Shown one piece after another: positions 40,805 to 53,684 of a DNA stretch of 64,000 bases (position 1 is its first letter; each line of letters opens with the position of its first letter). Origin of the DNA: the human T2T-CHM13v2.0 reference genome, Homo sapiens; the NCBI RefSeq assembly GCF_009914755.1, contig NC_060930.1. One strand, 5' to 3'. Below the pieces are notes generated by a model. That model did no database searches. It saw only the letters and a program-made list of their open reading frames with translations, and was not told the DNA's origin. A program made the position numbers and the translations under genes.

Positions 40805-41191
40805 TGTATTAGTCCGTTCTCACATTGCAATAAAGAACTACCTGAGACTGGGTCATTTATAAAGAAAAGAGGTTTAATTGGCTCTCCTGGTTCTGTAGGA
40901 GGTACAGGAAGCATGGCTGGGGAGGTCTCAGTAAACTTACATTTATGGCTGAAGGTGAAGAAAAAGAAGCCACATCTTACTTGGCCAGAGCAGCAGGAAG
41001 AGACAATGAAGGGGAAGGTGCTACACACTTTTAAACAACCAGATCTCATGAGAACTCACTCACTGTGATGAGAACAGCAAAGGAGAAATCTGCTGCCATG
41101 ATCCAATCACCTCCCACCAGGCCCCTCCACTACATTGGGGATCACAATTCGACATGAGATTTGGGTGTGGACACAAATCCAAAACATATCT
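40805..41191 (-). mobile_element. MSTA solo LTR
   Basis: tgtattagtccgttctcacattgc..acaattcgacatgagatttggg; 5-bp TSD tagtc (40800-40804 / 41192-41196). Confidence 0.92.
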
Positions 41192-41479
41192 TAGTCCAAC
41201 CAAATTTACCCTAGCTTGGTGTACTGAAAATAACTCAAAAGTTTAAAGCAACCCCAGGTACCTGATAGAAACGAATACAAACCATCCCCCTACTCTTCAA
41301 AGTAAGAAGAGTACCTTCACATAGGCCTCAAAGTATATTACATAATATTCCCCAAAATATGAGTTCACCATCGCAAATCACACACACACATGCATGTACC
41401 AAGAAGACATCATGAAGAAGAGTGAGCAGAAAAAAAACCCAAAGTAAAATAAGAGTTTCTGGCCATCACTGTAAGAGGA

Positions 41480-44350
41480 GTAACTGAAATAAAACAGGTA
41501 CAGTTTGGAAAGAAGAATCACAGCTTTCATTATTTTGGGTTATATGATTGTCTATATAAAGTACCCCAAAGAGTCCACAGATAAATTTTCAGCACCCATA
41601 GAAGAATATAACGAGTTTGCTGGACACGTTATCACTGCAGAAAATTAATTGAATTCCAACTGAATTTCCTGTCAACAAAAAGGTAGAAAATATAATCATA
41701 AAAATGCGTTACTTACATTACCATAAAAATATACATATCTAGGAGTAAATCTAAAAAGATGTATAAGACCTTCATGAAAAAATATAATACTATAATAAAA
41801 TATATTAAAGTCTAATAGCAAGATATAACAAGTTCATACATTCAAAAATTAATGCTGAAAGATTTCAATTCTTATCGATTCAATGAAATTACAGTAAAAA
41901 TTCTAACATTCTTAGAGTTACTTTAATAAGATAGTAATTAAGACTGTGGAGTATATGTGCAGAGATTTAAGTTATAAATGAAAACAGACTGGAGAGTCTC
42001 AAAACAGTGCCCCAAAATATACAGAAACTTGACTTATGATAGAACTATACTGTAGATCAGTGATGGAAATATTTATATGAAATTAAAAAATAAATTGATC
42101 TCTAGCTACTTACCCCCAAACGAATTCATGAGTGATTAAAATCTAATGTAAAAGGTGAAACCATAAAACTTTCTCAGCAGGAATATAGGAAAATAATTTT
42201 GCTATAGGAGACATATCTTACAAAAGATATAAATATATAAACCATAAGGAATACTTAAGAATCTTCTGCTCTTCAAGACTCCAGAAAGAGAATGAGAAGT
42301 CTACCAACCTATGGGAAGAAGATGACTGCAATGCAAATAATTTACAGAGGACTATTATCCAGGATAAACAAAGAACTCACATAACTCTACAAGAAAAAGA
42401 TAAGCAATAAAGGTAAGCAAAATATTTGGATTGACATTTAACAGAAGAAGCACCTGAGTGATCAATAAACATGTAAGATGATATTTAAAATCACTGGTAA
42501 CCAGGGAACTACAAATTTAAAATGCACACCTCCAAGATTTATAAAAATTTAAAACCATCCAAGTGCTGGCAGGGATTTGGAACAAGTACATTTGAACTTT
42601 GCTGCTCGGAGTGGAGTGTAAATTGGAAAACAATTAGGCATTGTCATTTAAAGATTATGTTCATGTCGTTTAACCCAGAATTTCTATTTCTAAATACATA
42701 CTGTAGCACAATGCTTCCCAGGTTTTCAAATTATGACACATGTAAACAATGAGAGTATGCAAATAATGTATACTGGTGTAAACTTTAGGGATTATGAGAG
42801 CACTCATAATGAGGCACAGATTTTAAAAGGCTATTAGGTTCTCTTTGGATTATACAATTAATATTTTTAAAGTAAATTTTTAAATATATGGAATTCAATA
42901 TTAAATTTATCTGAAAGTTCTAAATATGATTTAAAATATTTGAGAATGTTCAACTTTTTCATGATTATAACTTTATCAGACTTATACTTGAAATTGCCAT
43001 ATGCAATCTTTTATCATGACTCCTGCATAATGAACACTATACATACTCAAAAACCAGCATCAGCAATAATTCACTCAAATAGGTGGTAAAAAGTTTAAAA
43101 TTAATTTCTCAAAATCAATAAACATGCACAACAGTTCTAACTATATTTAGAGTATAAAACAGTTCTTCCTTTTCTTCCAAGGTAAAGTTGCAAATAATTC
43201 AAAAATGTGAACGTATTTTGAATTCAATTGGTCTTTTTCATGTCAACAATTTCAAAATCATACAGAAGTATGAATATGTATAAAGCCAATTGTAGCAAGC
43301 CTTTTTCTTAATAGAAGTGCACATTTGTCATAATTAAACAGAATTATCTGTTATATTTGAAGGCAGGAATTCAGGAATAACATCTGGTGGCCCCAAAACC
43401 CAAGTCTTGACCAGTCTCACCTCTGCTTTTTTGGCTGTGTTTTTTAGGCTGTGCTTTTTGGCCATCTGGAACACAAGCTCTCAGCAGTTCCTAGGGCCCC
43501 TTATCCACCATGGGCAATGGTTCACTTTGAAGCCAACGTTTAAAATAGATGTCCATGTGACAAGCATTTTAGCATCTCAGGACACTTAGTGTGCTCACAA
43601 CTGAAGGAGAACATGGAGTACCATATCTGACTCCATTTTGCTCTGGTAATCCTCTGAGAAGAGTGTAATGAAGCAGCCAGTGTTTGGAGCAACTTGTCCA
43701 GGGATTCTAGCTAACCCAGGCCTCACTAGATAATCTCAGGATGGAGACCACTATTTTGTAGCACAATCTGTAACTTAACATGGCACAACTCTTGAAAAGC
43801 TCTATTATAGAAAAACTCTTTCACATGTCATCAAGCATGTGTACCAAAATGTTCATTGAAGTAGTAAAAGCAAAAATTATAGGAAACAAACCAAATGTCA
43901 AACAAAGTAAAAAATATGAGACAATGGAATAGTTTACTCCATTGAAAATGAACATATTCTAACCACATGCAATAGCATAAGCCAAGAGTATAATGCAGAG
44001 CAAAGAAGCAAGTTAAAAATATAGACAAATTAAGCAATATATTATAGACATTTACTTGGATTTTATAATACAATATACATAGTACATGTTATAAGTAAGA
44101 ATAAATTTTAAAAGAAAAAAACACAAAAATTTATGATCATGATTCATTCGAGAATGGAATGGGAAAGAATCAGAAAGTGACACAAGAGGGACTTCAAAGT
44201 TAACCATAACGTTCTTCTGTCCCCACAAAATGGAGGGTGGCTACTCAAGTGATCATTGTGTTCTTTATGTCTTACTATTTATGCCTTTATGTCTTACTAT
44301 GTCTATTGTGCTTTGTCTTACTGTATTTTATGTTATTTTATTCATAATCT
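41480..44350 (+). mobile_element. Very old L1ME ORF2/3' fragments, interrupted at ~42.7-43.8 kb
   Basis: tatatgattgtctatata; ctaggagtaaatctaa; ccaagtgctggcagggatttggaac; aatgttcattgaag. Confidence 0.65.
42706..43805. mobile_element. Probable ancient hAT/Charlie-type insertion
   Basis: Interrupts collinear L1ME; ends caatgcttccca.. and ..ttgaaaagctct resemble degenerate hAT TIRs; family not identified. Confidence 0.35.
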
Positions 44351-45904
44351 AATAAAAACAAACAATGATAAGACATATCCTGGATATTTTTAAATCTAAG
44401 TGGTCCCTAATATGAAAGCAATTATGTAAGTAAATGCAGCCATTACACTTAAAATCTCTACTATTTATTATAACTGGAATACAGAACTGTACAGAATGTT
44501 GTTTTGTTCTTCTCAAGAAGGTAATATCTCTAATTCTTATGAAGAAAATGCTATTTTTTAATTTTTGTATAAAAGTATCTTCTCTATTATTGTATCCTAA
44601 TGCTTGGATGTCCACACTCACATTGCTAATTAAGACTGGATCTGTCACACTGGAGTAAATGTACCCCCAAGATGTAAAAAAAATAGGCCAGGGAGCACTC
44701 AAATCCATAGGCCCAACATTTATCTATTTCTTCATTAACTTTATGATTGACTAATATTGGCTTATCATGAGGCCAAAAGAGGTGACCAAATCTAACAAGA
44801 TCTCAGCCTTAGGAGAGCTCATATTCCAAAGGAGGGAGAAAGCATAAACAAACATTGTGCATAGGAGTGAGCTCCTATCTGCACAGTAGACCCTGTAAAA
44901 CAAAAAGGGCTTCACTCTTAAAATCTTGAAAGTCTACATAAGAGTTGTGTAGCCCCCAGATGAGGAATCAGATAGCTGGAAGGAAATTACAGACCACCAG
45001 GAACTCTTGGTGAAAAAAGTGTAGCTCAAAAGCAGTTGGACACTCAGGTTTGTACTGTATGTGGATGTGAGATCCAATTTTATAATACTTACGAAATGTG
45101 GGAACCCTAAGACAAGAAATTCATATAGGAATATATGAAATCAATGAAGCTCTAGGAACTCTGCCATGCAGAGCTGAAAGGGAGATTGCCCTGTGGCTAT
45201 GTTTCCTAGCACAGAGTGTGTGGGATTCTCATGAAAAGTATGATAAACTTACAAGGATTACAAAAGATTCAAGGAATAAAGCTTTATAAAGAGGAGCTGT
45301 AATATGGTAACAAACAGAATTTGAACACAAGGAAATAGAAAATGAGCTTAATAGGTAAGTTTAAAATGCTCAAAGAAATTTAAAAAGAGGATTTTTAAAA
45401 AACAAAAAGGAAAAACATAACAAAAAAGAAGCTAGATTTTTTAGAGTTGTATGACATGAGTTGATCAGAAAGACTTGTTTGAGGCATTGTTAAAAACTAA
45501 AAGAAAATGTTGATGGTAAAGTAAATAATCACATAATTTAACTTTCTTTATTATAAAGTTCCTTTGGAAAGAATTTTGCTAAAATGGTAAAGGAAATCCA
45601 GAGAATCTTCTAGGCTGCTGAGGAAATCAAATGATTCTACCTCACTACAAAGTAATGCATTTACTAACATTTTCACCAATATCACCTTAAAAAATTGCAA
45701 CACATTTTTTCTTTTGGTATTTAGAGAATCCCTCTTCTGTGGGTCATAAGTTATAAAGCAACTAAGCTACCACTGGTACTTGCATGTTGGTCTGAGTGTG
45801 TGTTCATTTAATATTGTGACACCAATACAAATCTCCAGAATGCTAAATGTCAACTGCATTGTTACTCTTTTCAATTTATTATGCTTCTCTGAAGCTGTTA
45901 TTAA

Positions 45905-46120
45905 TTATTGCTACCATATTTTAGTATGGCTTGACTATCAGGAAATGAGATAAATACTTTACATTAATCATTTTATTTAAATCTCCTACAGTGCAAAAAG
46001 CAAGTATGATTCTCATTTCACAGATGAGAGGACACTGAGAAGTTAGTAACTTGCCCAGACAGCTGGAAAGAGGTAGGGTCAGATTCAAACCTGTAAATTT
46101 TATGTCCTGCATCCTCACAC
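45905..46120 (-). mobile_element. MIR
   Basis: ctcatttcacagatgagaggacactgagaagttagtaacttgccca..gattcaaacc. Confidence 0.75.
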
Positions 46121-46140
46121 TATAAAGCAAGAGGATCTCG

Positions 46141-46480
46141 ATCTCTCTCTCCCCCTCCCTCCCTCTCTCTCTGTCTGTCTGTCTGTCTGTCTTTTAAATT
46201 GAGACAGGGACTTGCTCTGTCACCCACGGTGGAGTACAGTGGTGCAAGGCTCACTGCAGCCTCAAATTCCAGGGCTCAAGCAATCCTACCATTTCTGCCC
46301 GTCAAGTGGCTGGGACCAAAGGAGCATGCTACCATGCCCACATAATTTTTAAAAATTTTTTTGTAGAGATGGGGTCTCACTACGTTACTCAGGCTGATCT
46401 CAAACTCCTGGGCTCAAGCAATCTTCTCATCTCAGCCTCCTAAAGTGTTGGGATTGCAGACCTGAGCCACTGCACCTCCC
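46141..46480 (-). mobile_element. AluJ with (TC/TCCC/TCTG)n tail
   Basis: Reverse dimer, ctcctgggctcaagcaatc. Confidence 0.88.
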
Positions 46481-48160
46481 AAATGATCTTTCTCATCAAC
46501 CCCCGTGACTTATTTCAATAGTATTATTCTCATTGTCTGATTAAAATCTTTTGTTTTTATTTTTCCCTCTCTTTAAGTAACTTAAAACATTTTTCTGTTG
46601 ACATAGCATGGATGCAGTACGAAGCAGAATACAAATTTGCATCATTTAAAAAATAATTCACGGGTCTTCTAAAGAATGTTGGGTCTTTGGGAAACTGCCT
46701 TGCACTATGTCCCCAGGCAGCTGGAGGAGAAGTGCCATTCACTCTCCTTTGGCCTCGGTTGTCTTCAGAGGAAGCTTGAGGATTCCCATGCTGCGGTGTT
46801 TCCTACAGTCCTGTGCATGTAGTGCTGTAGGCATTATGGTCTATCAGCTAACATAGGAGGACAGGTGAGTTTATTTCTTTACGTTGCCATTCACCATCCC
46901 CTCAGAATAAACATGGTGGGCTCTGAAGAAGGCATTTTAACCAATGAGTCCGCAGCACTACGAATCCTTGTGAGTTAAGACAGACCTAAGACTGAGGAGT
47001 CCCAAAGTGGAATGTGGAGAGTTACTGAAAAACAAACAAAAAAAAACCATCTGTCTACCTCACTCTTTTGATTAGCAGTTTCTGATGGAAAAAGGTCATT
47101 TTATTTTTTTCTTCAACAGTGGGTATATTGTGGCCAAAGAAAGAGGTGGACAGTTTTTGTTTTGTTTTTTTATACATTCTCACTGTGTAAATCAGGCTTG
47201 TCCACTTACCTTGCTACTAACTCCTAAACTCAGAGTCCTTATTATTTTTATTCCCTTTTATATTTATATTTAATTTTATAAATTTATTTAAATTTGAATA
47301 TTTTCTGTTGGAATAAGACAGTAAAACTATTCCCCCTGTGGATATTGTGTGGGGGTAAAATTAATATTTAATGCAAAACAATATTGAGAGAACACTCTTG
47401 AATGTAAAAACACCACTTAAATGAAATTCAATTCCCATTCTCTTTCATTTGTAAGTGTCTTTAAGTAAGACATTAGATTGTTTTCTTCTCTTAAATTTAT
47501 TTATCTTAAAATTATTCTAATAAAAGTTCTTCAAGGGTTAGCCTCTTTATATACTCTTGGTGATTTTATTTCTTTGTTATAAATACTCACTTTTAGACTA
47601 CAAAATATGTAATAGTTTAAGAAGATAAGTGAAAATTGCCCATAATGCTCAATAAGAAATAATACTATTTATGGTTTCTTTCATGCCATTTGTAATTTTG
47701 TATATACTACATATGTACACATATGCTTTTACAAAAATATTTTCAACATCAATAAACATAGTTACAGCACCATCTTAAATGACTACCTATATTCCAGTAT
47801 ATAGATAGGCTTTGCTCCCAAATTTGTATTATTATAAATGTTTTGATAAATACATGTATATAACATATGCATGTATATATATTTATCACATTATTTATAT
47901 AATAACATAAATGTTCCAGAAAGCATAAATAATTATTTGACAAATAAGATATTTCATAGCTAAGATAATAAGAAAAGTTTGTGGGCTAAGCAAGCGACTG
48001 GATGTCTAGCAGTGCTAAATGTGTGTTTCAGTTGGGAATTAGCCTACCTTTTATAGTAGAGTTGGGTAACCATGTCAGTATGCTTCATAGATTCTTTAAC
48101 AGGATTACTTTTTTCTAATAACTGTAAAACATTAACTTATGCCATGCAAGCCATAGACTT

Positions 48161-48286
48161 TATTATTATTATTATTATTATTATTAATATACTTTAAGTT
48201 TTAGGGTACATGTGCACAATGTGCAGGTTTGTTACATATGTATACATGTGCCATGTTGGTGTGCTGCAGCCATTAACTCATCATTT
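48161..48286 (-). mobile_element. Very short 5'-truncated young L1PA (3' ~100 bp) with (ATT)n tail
   Basis: tatactttaagttttagggtacatgtgcacaatgtgcaggtttgttac; TSD catagactt / catagtctt. Confidence 0.9.
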
Positions 48287-48651
48287 GGCATCATAGTCTT
48301 ATGCTACTTACCTGTGAGCCCTTCAAAAAAAGGTAGCAAACATGTAATGTATTCTCATTATACATCTGCAAGAAAAATAGGACATAGCAATCATAGTCCT
48401 TGATTTTCCTGCCTAAAGTTGACAGCTGATTATGTGAAAATTTAACTTTGGGCTTAGCATTCTTGATGTTTGCATCTAGAAGAGTAAGATTATGGTTGAG
48501 ACATGAGCTATTTATAAGAAGCTTCTCAGAAACCTGACATTGGACCCCTCCTTCTATTCCCATCTTGTTTACAATCAAATACATTTGCTTCAGGAGAAGT
48601 CTAGGCAAAATGCTAAGGAAGGTGAAGTTCTGGCCTTCTGCATTCTGAGCT

Positions 48652-48734
48652 TTTCCTAAGGCCCTTAGGAAAGGCCTTTGGGGTCATTGTATGGGATAAC
48701 TAATAACAAACTTATCCCATACAATGACCCCAAA
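48652..48734. repeat. Two adjacent perfect inverted repeats (10 bp and 23 bp arms)
   Basis: tttcctaagg-c-ccttaggaaa; tttggggtcattgtatgggataa-(12 nt)-ttatcccatacaatgaccccaaa. Confidence 0.97.
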
Positions 48735-49249
48735 CAATCATACTCTTGCCTCAGAAGCCAAGGCCTCCCCCAGCAACTCTGAGAGAATATGTGGCTGTTC
48801 AATCAATTAATCCATGAGAGTGTGCAGAGGGAAAAGTCCTAGGAGCTGTAGCTTATTTGCAAAGAAAGGTAAATTTTAATGGTGGTTTTCTAAAACAAAC
48901 AAACAACAACAACAAAACACATCCAACCAGGAGGTAAGGCCTTTTACATGGCCCACCAGAGTACAGAAGGAAATAGATTCAGCCCACTTGAGTTATGTCA
49001 TACAGAAACCATCTCCTTCACCTAAGGCTTCTTGAAGATACATCTGTGGGCCTAGCTGCTTCTGACAGAACCAACATTTTGAATGAGTGTATCTGAGTGC
49101 TTTTGACTCTATTCCAGGAGTATCAGCTGTGGGACTTCAAGCATGATTCTAACCCCACTGCTTTACTACGTCTTAGTCTCTCCTTTCAGCTCTCTTTGGT
49201 GATTAGCACAATAACTAACATGTCATAAGCAGTGTTGAACATTGAGAGC

Positions 49250-49710
49250 TTTCTGGGATTCTTCTTTTCCCAACCCCTTCTATTTTTAATTAAAATAACT
49301 CTGATTGTATGTGTTCAGGCTAAAAATGGTATTTCTAAGCCATCCTTGCAGCCATAGGTGGATATGTTACATCATTCCAGCCAATGAGATATAAGTAGGC
49401 ACTTGCTGAGGACTTCTGAGAAAGTTTTACTTTCTAAAGAAAAGCATCATCCTTTTGTCTTTATTATTACCCTCCTCTTCCCTGAAGGTAAAGTGGCTAT
49501 ACTGGAACCATGACTGTGAAAGCTACATGCTAAAGGTAGAAATAGGAGCCTAGGTCTCTCATATTACTTTGGCACAAGCCCTGATCTATAAATCATACAT
49601 ATTTCTTATTGCTTGGAAAACACACATACACACACACACATGCACACACACTTGGTTAAGCCATTGGAGTTGTTTTTCTGTTTCATGAAGCCAAATGCAA
49701 TTCTCTTGCT
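49250..49710 (+). mobile_element. MLT1I/J-like LTR
   Basis: ccatccttgcagcc..ccagccaatgagatataagtag..gttaagccattgg..gaagccaaatgcaattc. Confidence 0.6.
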
Positions 49711-51500
49711 TAGAACACTTACCCAAGGCAATTGAGATGCATGATTCTCCAGACTCTGCACACTCAGGAAATACAAGATAAAATTTCGTAGTTGCTTAAT
49801 CAAGAAAATTTAGGAGGTAAGCCTCTTTCTAAATTAAACACATGCATTCCAAAAACAAGTTATTTTATTTTTTGCATTTTCTGTTTCAATCTCCTTCAGC
49901 AGAGAAGATAACATTTAGTTAGCTTTGAAATCTCAAATATATAATTTGTACAACATTTGAAAACTGAAGTTACATTTGATGCTGCATGAAGAAGCATTAA
50001 ATTATAAGCCAATCACAATTTGAAGTGGTGTGTGATTCTCTTAGAATATTTGATTAAAAAATAGATGCAGGTGTAATCAATAATGCATGTATATTCAATC
50101 AGGAATCTTGATTTTTACTCAGTTATTTAATTAAAATTTCAGAAATTAACACATTTTTAAGTTCTGCTATGCTAAGAAACTGGTTATTTCTCCATAGATA
50201 CCTATTTTTAATGTCCCTGAAAATGTTCTCCTAAGAAGAGAAACGTTAAAAAAAGTTTACCCTTTTTAAATATCCATGTCTCTGGGCTATAGCAATGGAG
50301 TGACGGCAAAACTGAATGTTCTGTTTGTTCTCTGCCTCTAGTGTTAGTCATGTTATTCAAGGGACAAGAAGCAAATATAACTAGAATGTAAAAGAGAAAA
50401 ATACTCAGGCAAGAGAAAACTCAAGAGCACATAAAACCAATATTGGTAGAAAAGGCTTACACTCAATTTTCAGGTCAATTACCATATAGTTGATACTTAC
50501 ACAAAGTGAAGTGTGATGGATGGAAAATCTCTATTCTTTCCCATACTATAAATGCAGTCTATTTTAAGGAACTATTCCCTCCACATTCTATCCCTGCAAT
50601 TTTGTTAAAAGAGGCCAATCACAATACTCTGCCCTCTGGTCTCTGGCTTGTGTAAATGTGAAAACTGGGTCACTTGAAGTTTCCAGCTTCTATTTTTTAA
50701 CTACAGCTCAAGGAAAACAGATCCATTATTTTCTTTCTTTCATAAGGTTGTGATTCTAGAGATGTTTGTGGTAAGGTCTAGGCCCCTAGGAATAGCCATC
50801 TTGAGAAAAGAACCACAGAAAGGACAACAGAAAAGAAAGAAAGATATGTTCAAACTGAAAAAGAATGGTTGGCTTTTCATGAATAATGACGATCTGAATT
50901 CACATTCCTGACCCCACCCCAACCCCTCCTTTCTTTGCCAGGACGTTGCTTTTTTTGCCAGGACATTTCAACACATAAAATAACCCCATTAAATGAATTT
51001 ATAGGAAATCCCTTTGCTGCCAAGACTTGAGCTCCTGAGAAGTAAAAGAAAAAAAAAAAGGCTTTCATTATTTGTGAGGATAGCAGAACCTGGAGTGAAG
51101 ACCAAAAATTATACTACTTCCCTAAAATCGGTTAGATAAAAGGGGAGCTGTGCCTTCCCACCTGTCAAGTCCTGGAGGAGGTTGCACAATATTCTTGGTG
51201 CCAGTGGCCCAGGAAAGAGTCTCCCCTAGTGGGCTACACAGATAGTCCGTGTGGTTGGAAGAAGATAGTTCTCCCCAAGAGCACTTAGAAAAGTCTAAAA
51301 CACTAAGCAGTCTCCATCACGTGCATACAGTCTTCATCACATGCATGCTTCAGTAAAAGGGGTCCCAATTTTTCAGCTGACTCTATACATTGTCTCATAA
51401 GGAAATGACTCCTATCTTCCAGTTCCTGCAGTTTTGCCAGTGACTAAAATACCCCCACATCCTAGCCCTATGCTAGGATGTGGGGTTATCTTAGGCATTA

Positions 51501-51806
51501 GCCAACAGGTACTGGTCAGTGACCAGTTGGGAACCAGGCTACACAGCAGGAAGTGAGTGACCGACGAGTGAAGCTGAGCTCAGCTTCCTGTTAGATGAGT
51601 GGGGTCATTAGATTCTCATAGGAGCCCGAACTGTATTATGAACCACTTATGCAAGCGGTCTAGGTTGCGCACTCCTTATGAGAATATAATGATAAATATA
51701 GTGTGCTTGAATCATCCTGAAACCATCCCTCCACCTCCCCGCTGTCCGTGGAAAAATTGTCTTCCATAAAACTGGCTCCTGGTGCCAAAAAGTTTGGGTA
51801 CCGCTG
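51501..51806 (+). mobile_element. MER1B (hAT-Charlie), left TIR missing
   Basis: cattagattctcataggagc..gtccgtggaaaaattgtcttcca..ggtgccaaaaagtttgggtaccgctg; tcctagc target motif at 51460 and 51807. Confidence 0.88.
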
Positions 51807-52632
51807 TCCTAGCATATAGGGCAGTAGAGATAACTTAAACTCATAAGAAGGCAAAGAGAAGCAGTGATCCATTTTGAAAAACACTCACTAAAAAGAGGGA
51901 AAGAGACTTAATTGAATAATAAGAACAGGAAGTTTCTATTAAGGTAAAATAAATGAAAAAGATAAAAGCTTGAACAAAAAATACAGCTTTTCAAGAGGGT
52001 GCAATTAAAGCACAAAAAGAGCTTTCTGGAACCAAGGAAACATTATATTTGAATTACAAAATTTAGTACAGCAATAGAAAAACAGAACACTTGCTTTAGT
52101 TTTCTGAAAAAATAATGGAATAACTATCTAACAGGCCAACAACAGCAACAAAATGTGGAACTCACAAGGGAAAAGATCTAGAGTAGGGAAGAGAATTCTA
52201 ATGCCTATAGGATCTTGGCATATAATATAATTTTGTGGATTAGTTTAGTAATAAGACAATAGGAAGGGGTATAGACTGTGACTGAAATGGAGACCCAATA
52301 CCCTACTTAAGAGATATTTAAGTTTTTTTTTTTTTAAGCACTCAACTGGCCAAAAGTATAATTGTCTCCTGGTAAAAATCTGTAAAGTATATCACATTTT
52401 AAGACCAGTAATATAGAAGATTTAAATAAGTACAGTTCACACACACACAGAGTACTGTGTTTATATATATAGAACATATACTCATTATTTATAAAAATAT
52501 TCATATATGTTTATATGTACTTAAAAGCATACATTTGAAACTATATTCTATATTGTCTAACCAAATCCAATAAACTGGAAATTAACAAACAAAAGTACTA
52601 AAAAAAAATTGAACAGCTTGAAAACACCCAGC

Positions 52633-52709
52633 CTAAGTTGAACCATATGAAACTGCTGATATTTGACATTTTAATCTATGTAAATAGTAATTCATATGGA
52701 TCAACCTGA
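52633..52709. mobile_element. MADE2 (Hsmar2-derived MITE)
   Basis: taagttgaaccatatgaaa...ttcatatggatcaacctga-TA. Confidence 0.8.
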
Positions 52710-53189
52710 TAAAACCCTTCATCAAGAAGGTAGGACATTCCCTTGTTTGACTTCAATTGGGAACATATGTGTTGGGTGGCCCAAATTTTACCTTGACAGT
52801 ACTCTGTTTTTTAGGGTTGTAAATAAATATTAGTGAGTAAGCTCATACACACAGTCAAACCTCCTTATTTGTGGATTTTGTGGATTTTGGATATATATAG
52901 AGAGAGGGAGTAATGTTTATATCTTAATTAAATCAAGTTTATTTGTGTTCAAATCTTCTATGTAAATCACATTACTAACAGAACATTTTTTAAAACTACC
53001 ATTATGATGATAAATTTATCTATTTTCTTATTTAATTTTGTCAATTTGTTCCTTATATAATTTGAAGGTGTGTTATTAGGTCCATACAAAACAGGTTTGT
53101 TATATCTTCCTGGTGAGATAACTCACAGTTATACTAAAAGCGGTCTCTATCTCTCTTGCCTAATGTTTACTTCGCTTATTCTGAGGCAC

Positions 53190-53446
53190 ATAAAACCAAA
53201 GGCATGATCTATGAAAAGAAGAATTGATAATCTATACCTCATTAAAATTAAAAATTTCTGCTCTGTGAAATACACTGTCCAGAGAATAAAAAGACAAACC
53301 ACAGACTGGGAGAAAATATTTACAAAAGTTATAACTGATATGAACTGTTATCTGAAATATATCAAGAACACTTAAAACTCAGAAATAAGAAAACAAAAAA
53401 CTTGAATAAAAAATGGGCCAAATACCTTTGGTAAGGGTAACAGACA
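53190..53446 (+). repeat. Inverted duplicate of 54638-54894 (L1MC ORF2 segment)
   Basis: About 8 substitutions in 257 bp (~97%), far more similar than independent L1MC copies. Confidence 0.95.
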
Positions 53447-53684
53447 GAAAGCCTGAGTGTTTACCAGGGCCTTTTATTCTGGGTAGATGCTGATTTTCAA
53501 TATTTTTCCCAAACAATAAGCTGCTATAAACTTTGCTCCACTTCTCAGCTTCTCAACCATTGCTCTAGAATTGGCAAATGTCTCAAAATCTGACATTTCT
53601 GGGACATCCTTTCTCTATGAGATTTTATACTCTCCAGTCCTTGACACCTTTGTAACTATCTGATTTCATCAAATAGGATATTTT

